The notes under the pieces were generated by a model. That model saw only the letters and a program-made list of their open reading frames with translations, was not told where the DNA came from and did not search any database. A stretch of 58,508 bases of DNA from positions 1-58,508 of the forward strand of contig JAJYFR010000006.1 of assembly GCA_021785355.1 (NCBI GenBank). The letters run 5' to 3'. The position numbers and the translations under genes are program-made. Positions 18,729 to 30,054 of the stretch are shown here, piece after piece; within the stretch, counting starts at the first letter, position 1, and each line of letters starts with the position of its first letter. Source of the stretch: a bacterium. Its GTDB lineage: Bacteria; Patescibacteriota; Dojkabacteria; JAKAPS01; JAJZLI01.

Positions 18729-19625
18729 ATGAATAATAACTCTAACTCTCCTACATTAAACCCAATATCTACACTTCTATTTTTCATAGTATTTATATTT
18801 GGAATACTACTATCAACACCTGTAATTCTCACTAATATATATGTAGGTTTAGTTTTAATTCTAATAATTTTAATAATAGCTAGGATAATTTCACTTGCTG
18901 TTAGAACTGCAAGTGAATGGGAAAGAGTTGTAATTTTAAAATTAGGAAAATTTAATAGAATTAAAGGACCTGGTTTATTCTTTATAATTCCAATAATAGA
19001 AAATATTGCTTATTGGATAGATTTAAGAACTGTATCAATACCTATAAGAGCTGAGCAAACTTTAACAAAAGATAATGTACCTGTTTCAGTTGAAGCAATA
19101 TTATTTTGGAAAGTTATAGATCCTAAGAAAGCAGCATTAGAGGTTGCTAATTATAAAAATTCAGCTGAACTAGCAGCACAAACAGCACTAAGAGATATAA
19201 TAGGAAGATCAGAATTATCTACAATACTTTCTGATAGAGAATCTATTGATGTAGAACTTCAAAAGACAATAACCGGAAGAGTTTCTCCTTGGGGTATAAA
19301 TATTATCTCTGTTGAAATTAGAGATGTTATAATTCCTGAAAATCTTCAAAATGCTATGAGTCAAAAAGCTCAAGCAGAGAGAGAAAGAGATGCAAGAGTT
19401 ATTTTAGGAGATTCAGAAAGAATTATAGCTCAAAGTTTCATGGAAGCTGCTGAAAAATATAAAGATGATCCTATCGCACTACATCTAAGAGCTATGAATA
19501 TGCTTTTTGAAGGATTAAAAGAAAAAGGTGCTTTAATAATAGTACCCTCTTCTGCTGTAGATACAATGAATCTTGGAGGAATTGTAGGATTAGCAGATTA
19601 TCAGAAACAACATCCAAAAAAATGA
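18729..19625 (+). CDS. SPFH/stomatin (slipin) family protein
   Basis: GPGLFFIIP, LTKDNVPV, AQTALRDIIG, AQAERER. Confidence 0.93.
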   Translation: MNNNSNSPTLNPISTLLFFIVFIFGILLSTPVILTNIYVGLVLILIILIIARIISLAVRTASEWERVVILKLGKFNRIKGPGLFFIIPIIENIAYWIDLRTVSIPIRAEQTLTKDNVPVSVEAILFWKVIDPKKAALEVANYKNSAELAAQTALRDIIGRSELSTILSDRESIDVELQKTITGRVSPWGINIISVEIRDVIIPENLQNAMSQKAQAERERDARVILGDSERIIAQSFMEAAEKYKDDPIALHLRAMNMLFEGLKEKGALIIVPSSAVDTMNLGGIVGLADYQKQHPKK

Positions 19626-20488
19626 GGTTAGTGATTCTTGGACCAACGGGGGCAGGAAAAACAGAGGTCAGTTATGATATAGCAACTTTATTCTCAGGAG
19701 AAATTATTAGTGCAGATTCTTCGCAAGTATATAAATACTTAAATATAGGAACAAATAAAGAAATTTTTCCAGATATAAAGACTCACCTTGTTGATATTAT
19801 TAATCCTAATGAAATATATAATACACATAGATTTATCAAGGATTCAACAAAAATAATAACATCCGCAGAAAAAGAACAAAAAAATATAATTCTCACTGGA
19901 GGAACAAATTTTTATATTAAATCCTTAATATATTCTATGAATTTTGGAAAAATAGATAAAAAGAAAGAATCAGAATACAGTACTCTAAATAAAGATGAGT
20001 TACAAAAAATTCTTAAAGATAAAGATAAAGAGTTTTACCTTTCTTTGAATAATAGTGACAAAAATAACAGAAGAAGACTTCTGCGTTATATATCATTAGA
20101 TACTTTAAACAAAGATAGAAAAGAAATATTTGATAACAGATATACTCTTTTAGAAATAAAAACCAATACTTATGATCTAATAAAAAAAATTGAAGATAGG
20201 ACTCATAAAATGATAGATTTAGGTATTTTAGACGAAATTGAATATGTATTTAGCCTAGGATATTCAATAAATGATCCTGGATTACAAATAATAGGATACA
20301 GAGAATGCATAGATTATATTCAAGGAAAAATTAAGAATAAAAAAGAATTAGAAGAAGAAATTAATCATTCAACTAGAAAACTTATAAAAAAACAATATAC
20401 TTTTTTGTATAAAATAAAAAACAAGGTTTCTTTGAATAAAGAAGATATTATTCCTTTTATACAAAAGAAAAATCTCACTTCTAAGTGA
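19622..20488 (+). CDS. miaA: tRNA dimethylallyltransferase
   Basis: GPTGAGKT, ISADSSQVYK, GGTNFYI, IGYRE. Confidence 0.95.
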   Translation: MRLVILGPTGAGKTEVSYDIATLFSGEIISADSSQVYKYLNIGTNKEIFPDIKTHLVDIINPNEIYNTHRFIKDSTKIITSAEKEQKNIILTGGTNFYIKSLIYSMNFGKIDKKKESEYSTLNKDELQKILKDKDKEFYLSLNNSDKNNRRRLLRYISLDTLNKDRKEIFDNRYTLLEIKTNTYDLIKKIEDRTHKMIDLGILDEIEYVFSLGYSINDPGLQIIGYRECIDYIQGKIKNKKELEEEINHSTRKLIKKQYTFLYKIKNKVSLNKEDIIPFIQKKNLTSK

Positions 20489-20500
20489 GACTTTTCTTTT
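20463..20500. terminator. Bidirectional intrinsic terminator between miaA and hup
   Basis: AAAAGAAAAA-TCTCACTT-CT-AAGTGAGA-CTTTTCTTTT between convergent genes. Confidence 0.7.
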
Positions 20501-20516
20501 ATGATTAAAATCAAGC

Positions 20517-20789
20517 TTATTTAACAGCTGCTTTTAATGCTTTACCAGCTCTAAATGCAGGAGTTTTTGTTGCAGGAATATTAATTTTTGCTCCAGTTTG
20601 AGGGTTTCTACCTTCTCTTTGAGATCTTACTCTTACTTCAAATTTACCGAATCCTGTAATTAATACATCATCTCCTTTTTTCAAAGATGCAGTAACTACT
20701 TCTACAAAAGAATCTACAGCATCATTTGCTGCTTTCTTTGTAAGACCAGTCATTGAAGCTATTTGGTTTACTAAATCTACTTTTAACAT
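20517..20789 (-). CDS. hup: DNA-binding protein HU
   Basis: GFGKF, GRNPQTG, PAFRAGKALK; start moved to ATG 20789, downstream of SD AAGGAGGTGA. Confidence 0.96.
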   Translation of the reverse strand: MLKVDLVNQIASMTGLTKKAANDAVDSFVEVVTASLKKGDDVLITGFGKFEVRVRSQREGRNPQTGAKINIPATKTPAFRAGKALKAAVK

Positions 20790-20964
20790 ATTGATCACCT
20801 CCTTATTGAATCTATATGTTTTAAAATACAAATATTTCCTATGTCGACTATAGAAAAAGACTGTATCTAAAACATTAATTTAGAGTATATAGCTTTAGTA
20901 CTGTAAATGCAATATATTTACATATCAACACCTTAAAAATACTGTTAATAAAGGAAAAATAAGG

Positions 20965-21465
20965 TCATTCTTCTTTATATATTTTTTCTAATTCTTCATT
21001 ACTTAATAATTTGTATGGCTTTTTAAGGTGATCTAGAAACATTAAACCATTCATATGATCTATTTCATGCAGGATTAAATGAGAATAGAAACCCTCATAT
21101 TGATAAGATCTTCTTTTGTTAAACTCATTGACATATTCTACTACAATCTTTTTAGGTCTTTTAACTTTACCAAATAAATTTCCATCCTCAAGACTCATAC
21201 AACCTTCCCAATCAAAAGATATTTTTGTATCCTCAAATATTATTTTAGGATTAACCATAACTTCCCATTGATCATCAACATAAATAACACTCATTCTAAG
21301 CAAAACTCCTATCTGTACAGCTGCAAGTCCTACACAATTATCAACTGATTCTCCATATTCAATCATTTCTTTTGCCATTAAACGTAATTTTTTATCAAAA
21401 ACTTTTACTGGAGCAGATTTTTTTGATAGTATTAAATTTCCTTCTTTTATTATATTTATTGACAT
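20965..21465 (-). CDS. def: Peptide deformylase
   Basis: VGLAAVQIG, EGCMS, HEIDHMNG. Confidence 0.95.
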   Translation of the reverse strand: MSINIIKEGNLILSKKSAPVKVFDKKLRLMAKEMIEYGESVDNCVGLAAVQIGVLLRMSVIYVDDQWEVMVNPKIIFEDTKISFDWEGCMSLEDGNLFGKVKRPKKIVVEYVNEFNKRRSYQYEGFYSHLILHEIDHMNGLMFLDHLKKPYKLLSNEELEKIYKEE

Positions 21466-21468
21466 ATA

Positions 21469-23127
21469 TTAAGTTTCCCAACTAAAATCAAATACTCCTT
21501 GTTTCAAATTATCAATATTTTTACAAGATTTTTTGTGAATTTTAATAACCCCCTCTAAACTTACCTTACCTATAATTTCATCTTTTAGAGTAGGATTACA
21601 ACATTTAGCTATTTTTACTGCAATGTTATCAAAATTAAAATTATTTTCAAGTATATTGTCTGTATCTATTTTTAATACTTCCTTTTTTTTATGTATACTC
21701 TCAGCTGAAATCTTATTATCTTCCGAAAGTTTATTTTCTTTTATGAATTTACGTATTACTCTTTTTGTTGATATTTGAGAAGCTATATTTTCCCAATCTT
21801 TCTTTGGAATATTAATACCTTTTTCTTTGAGTATATCTACAGTATCACCTGATGATAATTTATGATCTAAAGATACTAATTTTCCATTTACTTTTGCACC
21901 TCTCATTGAATTACCTATTTGAGTATGTATAGAATATGCAAAATCAACAGGATTGGCACCTTTTTCCAATTCTTTCACCATGCCTTTTGGAGTAAAAACA
22001 AAAATTTTATCTTCAAATAACTTAATTTCATTTATATTTTTATGTTTTGCAAATGAAACATCTTTTATCCAAAAAAAATTATTCTTCTTCCCTTTTAGTC
22101 CCAATTTATATGCTACATGAGATGCAGGTCCAAATTCATTATATTCATGCATATCATGTGTTTTTATTTGTATTTCTATTACTCTGTCCATATCGATCTC
22201 TACAGTAGTCTGTAGGGCTCTATAACCTGTTGATTTTGGCCTTGCGATATAGTCGTCAAATTCTGAAGACTTATATGGATACATAGTGTGAATAATACCT
22301 AAACTTTTATAACATTGTTCTATATTATTAACTAGAATAGTTAATGCCCATAGATCATTTAAAAGATATATACAATCTTCATCAAAATATCCTTTTATTT
22401 TTATGATTTTCTTATAAATACTGTAGATATTTTTCTGTCTACTAAATATTTTTGATTTTATATAGTTTAATGATAATTCTTTATGAATATCTGTTTCTAT
22501 TTTTTTTATATATTCCAGATTAATTTTATTATATTTTTTTAAAGTATCCTCTATTATTGAATATTCTTTAAAATTTAATATTCTGAAAGAAATATCATCC
22601 ATTGAAGATTTTAAAGAGTTAAGACCTATATATTCACACATAGGAGAATATATCTCTAAAACTTCTCTTGCATATTCAAATTTATATTCTTCTGTATAAT
22701 TATAATTATCTATATTTCTCAAAAAATATAATTTTTCAGCAGACTTAATAATTATTACTCTCAAATTATTACAAGAAGTTAAGATATACTTTCTAAGAGC
22801 ATCAAAATCTTGTTTATCAGCTTTATCTACTCTTCTAAGAATATTTTCTATATTTTCAAATCCTATAAATATATTCTGATATATTTCTCCAAATTCATTT
22901 TTTATAATATCCAAAGAAAGATTTGGATCTATCAGGGAAGCTATAATTGTTTCAGTATCAGAATAAAATTCTACCAAGATGAAAGCTCTTGATATATAGA
23001 AATTTAATTCTTCTGCTGTTTTATTCTTAGAAAGAAATCCATATGCTTTTCTAAGTAGAGATAAATCTATTTTTATTTTTTTCTCTCTTATAAAGTTTAT
23101 TAAATTTGAAAAAGTGTTAGTTTCCAT
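21469..23127 (-). CDS. rel: RelA/SpoT-family (p)ppGpp synthetase with TGS domain
   Basis: RQKNIYSIYKK, DYIARPK, EIQIKT, FTPKG...DFAYSIHTQIG, AKCCNP. Confidence 0.9.
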   Translation of the reverse strand: METNTFSNLINFIREKKIKIDLSLLRKAYGFLSKNKTAEELNFYISRAFILVEFYSDTETIIASLIDPNLSLDIIKNEFGEIYQNIFIGFENIENILRRVDKADKQDFDALRKYILTSCNNLRVIIIKSAEKLYFLRNIDNYNYTEEYKFEYAREVLEIYSPMCEYIGLNSLKSSMDDISFRILNFKEYSIIEDTLKKYNKINLEYIKKIETDIHKELSLNYIKSKIFSRQKNIYSIYKKIIKIKGYFDEDCIYLLNDLWALTILVNNIEQCYKSLGIIHTMYPYKSSEFDDYIARPKSTGYRALQTTVEIDMDRVIEIQIKTHDMHEYNEFGPASHVAYKLGLKGKKNNFFWIKDVSFAKHKNINEIKLFEDKIFVFTPKGMVKELEKGANPVDFAYSIHTQIGNSMRGAKVNGKLVSLDHKLSSGDTVDILKEKGINIPKKDWENIASQISTKRVIRKFIKENKLSEDNKISAESIHKKKEVLKIDTDNILENNFNFDNIAVKIAKCCNPTLKDEIIGKVSLEGVIKIHKKSCKNIDNLKQGVFDFSWET

Positions 23128-23129
23128 TA

Positions 23130-24788
23130 TTAAAATACATGAGGTTTTAAATCTATTATTTTCATTTGTATCTCTCTTTTATTATTCCACAAATTTTCAC
23201 TAAGATTAAAAACTATATCTATACAAGAAAATTTGATTATTTGATCTGTTGTAAAAGGTGAAGAAAACCATATAGCGGTAATAAATTTTTCTTTAGATCT
23301 ATCTGTAACTTTCATTTTGACAAAACTATCTTTATTTCCTATATTAACTACATACATAACATAAACTCCATAAATTACAAAAACAGGTTGAGGATTACCT
23401 ACTCCAAATGGTTTTAACAAATCTATTTTATGGAATAAAGATAGAGTTATATCTGAAAATTGTAATTCTAAATCTATTTTTATAATCTTTTCTTGAATTT
23501 TTCCTAAAAAAAGTTCTTTTGCTGTTTTTTTAAGATTATTTTTTAATTCTAATATATTTTCCTCTCTGACTTGCAAACCTGCAGCAGCTTCATGCCCTCC
23601 ATATTTTAACAATAAATCTTTATTTCTATCTAATAGATCAACTATATTAAAACCCTCAATGCTTCTAGCTGAACCTATATATATACCATTCTCTGAAAGA
23701 GTCATAGCAATACTAGGCTTTCCACTTTCTTCAGTAAGCCTCCCTGCAATAAGACCAACAATTCCTTCGCTCCATTTATCAGAAAAAACAAAATTAAGAA
23801 AGCTTTCATTCTTCAATTTAGATCTAGCATCTAAAACCCCTTCTTTTGTTAATTTTTGTCTCTCTTTATTAAAATCATTTAATTTATGAGCCAAAGACAA
23901 TGCTACTTCTCTGTTCTCTGTAGAAATTAATCTTAAAGAATATATGGGATCAAATAGTCTTCCAGGTGCATTAATTTGAGGTCCTAAAACAAATCCTATG
24001 TGATATACATCTATATTATCTAATTCTGATACTTCCATCAAAGATGCAATACCTACTCTTTTCTTTGAATTTATAACTTCTAAACCTTTTTTTACAAAAG
24101 CTCTATTCTCACCTCTCATCTTAGAAACATCACATATTGTTGCTAATGCTACTAAATCGAGATATTCTTCTGTATTATATTTTAATTTTTTATTTAAAGC
24201 GCATACAACTTTAAAAGCTACAGCTGCTCCACAAATTTCTGGATTACCATAACCTAATGCAGGATGAATATTTACAAAACTCTTAGGTAAATTGTCTGCT
24301 ATTAAATGGTGATCTGTAACTATAAGATCTAACCCTATTTCTTTAGCTAATTTTGCATTTTCAATGTCTCTTATACCACAATCCACTGAAATCATCAGAG
24401 ATACTCCGTCTTTTCTAAATTCTCTTATTTTATTTTCATTAAGACCATATCCTTCTGTATATCTAGAAGGGATAAATGGCATTACATTTGCATGTAAATT
24501 TTTATAAAGATAACTCCATAGTATAGAAGTAGCACACACTCCATCAACATCATAATCTCCATATATTACAATTTTCTCTTTACTCTCAACAGCTTTATTT
24601 ATTCTTTTAACTGCTTTATCCATACCTTCAAAAGAAAAAGGATCAAAGAAATGATCAGGATTAAGAAAATATCCAACATCATTAGGTTCTATATTTCGAT
24701 GAGAAAGAATTTTTACAAGAATATTATCCAAATTCAAAGCATCATACGAAGAGGTATTCTTATTTTTATAAATACTCCAATAAGCCAT
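23130..24788 (-). CDS. recJ: ssDNA exonuclease RecJ
   Basis: YGDYDVDG, VDCG, TDHH, GSARS, GGHEAAAG, PFGVGNP. Confidence 0.97.
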   Translation of the reverse strand: MAYWSIYKNKNTSSYDALNLDNILVKILSHRNIEPNDVGYFLNPDHFFDPFSFEGMDKAVKRINKAVESKEKIVIYGDYDVDGVCATSILWSYLYKNLHANVMPFIPSRYTEGYGLNENKIREFRKDGVSLMISVDCGIRDIENAKLAKEIGLDLIVTDHHLIADNLPKSFVNIHPALGYGNPEICGAAVAFKVVCALNKKLKYNTEEYLDLVALATICDVSKMRGENRAFVKKGLEVINSKKRVGIASLMEVSELDNIDVYHIGFVLGPQINAPGRLFDPIYSLRLISTENREVALSLAHKLNDFNKERQKLTKEGVLDARSKLKNESFLNFVFSDKWSEGIVGLIAGRLTEESGKPSIAMTLSENGIYIGSARSIEGFNIVDLLDRNKDLLLKYGGHEAAAGLQVREENILELKNNLKKTAKELFLGKIQEKIIKIDLELQFSDITLSLFHKIDLLKPFGVGNPQPVFVIYGVYVMYVVNIGNKDSFVKMKVTDRSKEKFITAIWFSSPFTTDQIIKFSCIDIVFNLSENLWNNKREIQMKIIDLKPHVF

Positions 24789-24789
24789 G

Positions 24790-25803
24790 TTAAAAGTTTT
24801 CTCTAATTTTTCCTTCTAACTCTTTGTATAATTCAGGATCTTCCTTCAAAAGTATTTTAAGTGCATCTTTTCCCTGAGATAGTTGTCTATCTCCCAATCT
24901 AAACCATGCACCAGATCTTTCTAAAATACCTAATGTTAGAGCTGTATCAATTAAAGCACTTTCTTTTGATATTCCATTTGGAAATATGATATCGAAACTA
25001 GCTTCTTTAAAAGGAGGTGCAACCTTATTTTTAACAACCTTAACCAAAACATTATGTCCAATAATATTATCTCCTTTCATAATTTTTTCTTTTCTCCTTA
25101 TATCTATTCTTATTGAAGAATAGAATTTCAAAGCATTTCCACCTGTAGTAACTTCAGGGGAACCAAACATAACTCCAATTTTTGTTCTCAATTGATTAAT
25201 AAAGATAACAGTACATTTCGATCTTGCAGCAATAGATGTTAATTTTCTCATGGCCTTAGACATTAATCTTGCTTGAAGCCCAATAGAGCTATCTCCCATT
25301 TCTCCTTCAATTTCAGCTTTTGGTGTTAAAGCAGCAACAGAATCTACTACTACTACATCAATAGAACCTGATCTTATAAGTGTTTCTACTATTTCTAATG
25401 CTTGTTCTCCATAATCAGGTTGAGATAAATATACATTATCTATATCAACGCCAATTCTTCTTGCATATTCAGGATCAAGGGCATGTTCTGCATCTATATA
25501 TACAACTTTCCCGCCTTGTTTCTGAGCTTCAGCTATAATATGAAGAGCTAGAGTTGTTTTACCTGAACTTTCTGGACCAAAAATTTCAATAATTCTACCC
25601 CTAGGAATCCCTCCTACTCCCAAAGCATAATCTAGAGAAATTGCCCCTGTTGGATAAACATCCATCTTTTCAGTAGGACTATCACCTAATCTCATAACAG
25701 TACCCGTTCCGAATTGCTTTTCTATTTGAGAGAGAGCTATTTTTAAAGTTTCACCTTTATCAAAACCACCTTCTCTTACTTTTTCTTTTTCTTGTTTAGC
25801 CAT
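24790..25803 (-). CDS. recA: Recombinase RecA
   Basis: [33 protein letters not shown]. Confidence 0.99.
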   Translation of the reverse strand: MAKQEKEKVREGGFDKGETLKIALSQIEKQFGTGTVMRLGDSPTEKMDVYPTGAISLDYALGVGGIPRGRIIEIFGPESSGKTTLALHIIAEAQKQGGKVVYIDAEHALDPEYARRIGVDIDNVYLSQPDYGEQALEIVETLIRSGSIDVVVVDSVAALTPKAEIEGEMGDSSIGLQARLMSKAMRKLTSIAARSKCTVIFINQLRTKIGVMFGSPEVTTGGNALKFYSSIRIDIRRKEKIMKGDNIIGHNVLVKVVKNKVAPPFKEASFDIIFPNGISKESALIDTALTLGILERSGAWFRLGDRQLSQGKDALKILLKEDPELYKELEGKIRENF

Positions 25804-25911
25804 AAAAATATCAACTAATATTATTTCTTATTATAACAGATCCAACAATAGTTTAATATAAATTAGGATAATTATATTTTATATGATTTACATTTGAATA
25901 AATTTTACTAT

Positions 25912-27228
25912 CTATCTTTTTGAAAGATTCGCAAATCTAGCTTGCTCTTTGATAAATTTCACTTCTACATCTCCAATCGGACCATTTCTATGTTTTGCAA
26001 CAATTACATCTGCTATACCTTTTTTGTCTACAGTATCAGGATCATAAATTTCTTCTCTATGCAAGAATACTACTACATCTGCATCTTGTTCTATAGCACC
26101 TGATTCTCTTAAATCTGAAAGTTGAGGTCTTCTAGAAGTTCTTGTCTCTACAGCACGAGAAAGCTGAGATGCTGCTATTACAGGAACTTTTAATTCCCTT
26201 GCTATATTTTTTAAGAATCTTGAAATTTCTGATACTTCTTGTACTCTATTCTCTCTGTTAGTACCAGCTATTAACTGCAGATAATCTACTATTATTAAAT
26301 CTATTTTATTCTCAATATCAAGACGTCTTGCCTTAGTACTCATTTCCATGATAGTTTGACCTGGAGTGTCATCAATATATAAATTAGCCTCTGACAGTTT
26401 ACCCATAACATCTGCTAAGTTTTCTAATTTTGATGAATCTAAATGTCCCATTCTATAATCCCATAAATTCATTCCCACTTGAGATGATATCAATCTATCT
26501 GTAAGTTCAGAATTAGACATTTCTAGAGAAAACATAGCCACATTTTTTTTATTTTTCAAAGAAGCATTTCTTGCTATATCAAGTAAAAAAGAAGTTTTTC
26601 CCACAGATGGTCTTGCTGCAACTATTATAAGATTTGATTCTTGAAAACCTCCTAATATATTATCTAAATCTTTAAATCCGCTAACAATTCCTCTTAGCTT
26701 ATCTTTACTTTTCTCAATCTCTTCTGCTCTTTTATAACTTTCAGATAATAATTCTTTTAAATGAACAAAGTCACTTTTAATATTAGATGAAGACACATTA
26801 AATAATTTTTTTTCAGACTCATTAATAACTTCTGCAATTTTAATATTTTCGTTAAAACTAAGATCAACTATATCTCCACCTGTCTTGATTAACTCTCTTC
26901 TTATATATAAATCTTTTATTATATTTGCATAATATAATGCTGAAAGAGCCCCTGTATTATTTTCCACTAGATCTGCAAGATAAATCTCTCCACCTATTTT
27001 ATCTAACATTTTTCTTTGAGAAAGATGAGTTTTTAAACTCATTATATCTACAGGAGAACCTTCTTGAAATAAACTTATTATAGAATTATAAATCTCTCTG
27101 TTAGAATTGAAATAGAAATACTCAGGTTTTAATATTTCTATTAAATCTAATAGAGCATCTCTACTCATCAGTATTGCATTTATACAGAGTTTTTCTGCAT
27201 CATTATTCTGCGGTAAAACTTTATCCAT
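25912..27228 (-). CDS. dnaB: Replicative DNA helicase DnaB
   Basis: AARPSVGKT, FSLEMS, VDYLQL, SQLSR, DLRESGAIEQDAD. Confidence 0.98.
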   Translation of the reverse strand: MDKVLPQNNDAEKLCINAILMSRDALLDLIEILKPEYFYFNSNREIYNSIISLFQEGSPVDIMSLKTHLSQRKMLDKIGGEIYLADLVENNTGALSALYYANIIKDLYIRRELIKTGGDIVDLSFNENIKIAEVINESEKKLFNVSSSNIKSDFVHLKELLSESYKRAEEIEKSKDKLRGIVSGFKDLDNILGGFQESNLIIVAARPSVGKTSFLLDIARNASLKNKKNVAMFSLEMSNSELTDRLISSQVGMNLWDYRMGHLDSSKLENLADVMGKLSEANLYIDDTPGQTIMEMSTKARRLDIENKIDLIIVDYLQLIAGTNRENRVQEVSEISRFLKNIARELKVPVIAASQLSRAVETRTSRRPQLSDLRESGAIEQDADVVVFLHREEIYDPDTVDKKGIADVIVAKHRNGPIGDVEVKFIKEQARFANLSKR

Positions 27229-27889
27229 TTGAAGGGTTGAATATTATTACTTTTTGTTCAAAATCTTCTGTATCAAAATCAGAACTATTAAGATCTAAAG
27301 ATACAACTTCCTCTTTTATTCCTTCATACTCTTCTAAAAATTTATCAATTCTTTCTAGAGGTAATGAGTCTGTTTTATCAGTTTTATAGTGCATAGGAAC
27401 TATAATATTAGGATTAATACTATTTACTATCTCTATTGCATCTTTATAATCTATTGTGTAATGACCTCCAACTGGTATAAACAAAACATCTACCACACCT
27501 AAGGCTTCTATTTGGGATTTGTTTAAAGTTGTTCCTAAATCACCTAAATGAACAAAATTGATTCCATTAAAATTAATAGAATATATTGTATTAAATCCTC
27601 TTTCTGTACCATTAAATTTATCATGAAATGTATTAAATCCTTGTATAATTACTTCTTTTACATCATATTCTCCTGGGTGAGAAATCTCAAAAGTATTGTC
27701 TTTCGCATATTCTCTATTACTATGATCTGGGTGTTCATGTGTTATTACTAATATATCAGGAGAGAAGGAAAATTTAGGAGGAATAAGGTCCCCTATTTGA
27801 GAATAAGGATCTATAAAAATTTTTGTATTTTTATCTTGTAAAATAAAAAAAGCTTGTGAATAATATTTTATTGTAACCTTATTTGTCAT
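27221..27889 (-). CDS. MBL-fold metallo-hydrolase
   Basis: THEHPDH, HLGDLG, IPVGG, VPMHY. Confidence 0.9.
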   Translation of the reverse strand: MTNKVTIKYYSQAFFILQDKNTKIFIDPYSQIGDLIPPKFSFSPDILVITHEHPDHSNREYAKDNTFEISHPGEYDVKEVIIQGFNTFHDKFNGTERGFNTIYSINFNGINFVHLGDLGTTLNKSQIEALGVVDVLFIPVGGHYTIDYKDAIEIVNSINPNIIVPMHYKTDKTDSLPLERIDKFLEEYEGIKEEVVSLDLNSSDFDTEDFEQKVIIFNPSNG

Positions 27890-28061
27890 ATTAACATAGA
27901 GTATATCAAATTTTCAGATGTTAAACAATTCATTGTACGAGTTACATATATTGCATTAATTAATTTCATTTAGGCTGTAATTAATAAAAAACTTTATATA
28001 TTCATGAATTTAATTTCAATATTATTACTTTGAAAAAATCTAGATATTATAATATAGATTC

Positions 28062-28502
28062 TATATAAACTCGTTCTCTTCTAGTAATTCTATCAATGAT
28101 CCCTTCAAATGGGAAATAATATCTCTATGTTTTAAAGAAAGAAATTTATTTAAATCATCTTTCAATTTTTTATCAGGAAACTCTAGTACTTTTCTTTTTA
28201 TTTCGTCCAAAGTTACATCTTTTGCATATAAATTCATTTTCTTCTTTAATAATTTATTAAAAGGTTTTGAATCTATTGTTAATGTAATTTTTTTTTAGTT
28301 CATCTATATCTACTTCTGAAAGGTCCCATTCATCATAATTTAAATTATTTCCTCTCAATGAAGCAAAATATATACTATCAATAATAGCCTTTTCTTTAGA
28401 TGCAATATTAAATTTCACATTTTCATTCCCAGTATAAAAAAGAGCTCTTTTTATTTTATTAAATTTGTATTCTATATTATTAACATTCAAATAAAAAACC
28501 AT
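28062..28502 (-). pseudogene. Degraded AbiE-like type IV toxin-antitoxin remnant
   Basis: 28257-28502 has IASKEKAIIDSIY (AbiEi C-terminal-like); 28062-28238 reads KVLEFPDKKLKDDLNKFL (AbiEii C-terminal-like). Confidence 0.5.
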
Positions 28503-29598
28503 ATTTTCTCTCTAAAGAGCCTATGTATTCAGGATTATATTCCTGTATGTTTTTTTTAATATCTTTTGTATTTGATTTTGCCATAAAATATATTTTTCTT
28601 GCTCTTTTAAAATCTCTCCTATCTAAATAGTATTCTATTAAAGGTATATAGTATTCTGTTTCAAAAGGTTCTATTTCAATCATTTTCTTACTCAAATTAA
28701 GAAGATCTTCTGTTTTTCCTTCAATATTAATAAAATTAGATAACAAAATATATATCGATAAAAAATCAGATTTTTTATATAAATTCTCTATGTATATAAA
28801 GAATCTATCATATCTTTTTATATCCAAAGCTATTTGAGCAAAAAATATTAATTCCTCTTTTGTCTCTGGCATGAGTAAATATTTATTTTTGAATGAATTA
28901 TACATATAAATATATGACTCTAATTGAGTTGTTATTTCTTCATTGTCAATGTCACGGTTATCATAAATATCGTTATAACAAGAAATAATAGCATCATATA
29001 TATTAATATCATTTCTAATAATTATATTCTCATTATTCAAAAGAGCTGTTTCATATAAAATTAATGCAATCGGCTTAGAGATATCTGCTATTAAATCTGC
29101 TGCGTAAGTTAAATATTCATAATTATGAGGTTCATTTTTTAAAGCCATAAATACTGGTAATAATCCAGCAATTGCTATTTCTAAAGCTTTCTCCGTATTA
29201 CCCTTTTCTACAGATTTATGGATTTTATCAATATTTTCCTCAAAAAATCTATTAGATAATATTAATGGCATATATTTAAAGCTAACTTCTTTGTCAAAAT
29301 AAGTATTTAAATGTTCATCCAAATTTGAAAGGTCCACTGTTTCATCTTTTACGACAGGCTCACTTTCTTTAAAAACAAATCCTTTCTCTAATAATTCTAG
29401 ATATTTAAATACTGAGAAGTCTAAAACCATACCATTTTTCCCCTCTGAAAAATTTAATCCATCAAGAAAAATAGTTAATTCTCTCGCTCTATCAAGATAA
29501 CTATGAGGTTCATCCTCCTCAACCTCATATTTTCTTGATTTCAGATCTTCAATAATATTATAGAGATTATCATTTCCAATTCTTTCTGATCTTTCCAT
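28480..29598 (-). CDS. Hypothetical alpha-helical/TPR-like protein
   Basis: 372-aa ORF with TPR-like helices (KMIEIEPFETEYY...RARKIY). Confidence 0.65.
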   Translation of the reverse strand: MERSERIGNDNLYNIIEDLKSRKYEVEEDEPHSYLDRARELTIFLDGLNFSEGKNGMVLDFSVFKYLELLEKGFVFKESEPVVKDETVDLSNLDEHLNTYFDKEVSFKYMPLILSNRFFEENIDKIHKSVEKGNTEKALEIAIAGLLPVFMALKNEPHNYEYLTYAADLIADISKPIALILYETALLNNENIIIRNDINIYDAIISCYNDIYDNRDIDNEEITTQLESYIYMYNSFKNKYLLMPETKEELIFFAQIALDIKRYDRFFIYIENLYKKSDFLSIYILLSNFINIEGKTEDLLNLSKKMIEIEPFETEYYIPLIEYYLDRRDFKRARKIYFMAKSNTKDIKKNIQEYNPEYIGSLERKYGFLFEC

Positions 29599-29724
29599 AT
29601 GATATAAAAATATAATATTCGAGATTTTACCACAACCTATAGTTATAGTAAATATGTTGACTTTAAAATATTTTATTTACAAGCAATTTACAGTTAACAA
29701 AAATTTCTGTATAATACATAAGTT

Positions 29725-30051
29725 ATGAAAAAAAATATACATCCAGAGTATGTAGATGCAGAAGTTATATGTCTTTGTGGAAATAAAACTACTGTAAAAT
29801 CTTCTTCATCAAATACTATAAAAGTTGAGCTGTGTTACAATTGTCATCCTTTTTATACAGGAGAACAGAAAATAGTAGATACAGCAAATAGAGTTAAAAA
29901 GTTTAATGAACAATCAAAAGTTGCTCAAAAAATGCAGACTCATATTCAAGCAAAGAAAGAAAAGATTAATAGTAAAAATAAAAAAGATAATCTTATCAAA
30001 GAAAAACCTATCCTAACACTTAGGGATATGATGGATGCTTTGAAAAAATAA
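29725..30051 (+). CDS. rpmE: 50S ribosomal protein L31 with C-terminal extension
   Basis: [24 protein letters not shown]. Confidence 0.96.
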   Translation: MKKNIHPEYVDAEVICLCGNKTTVKSSSSNTIKVELCYNCHPFYTGEQKIVDTANRVKKFNEQSKVAQKMQTHIQAKKEKINSKNKKDNLIKEKPILTLRDMMDALKK

Positions 30052-30054
30052 ATT

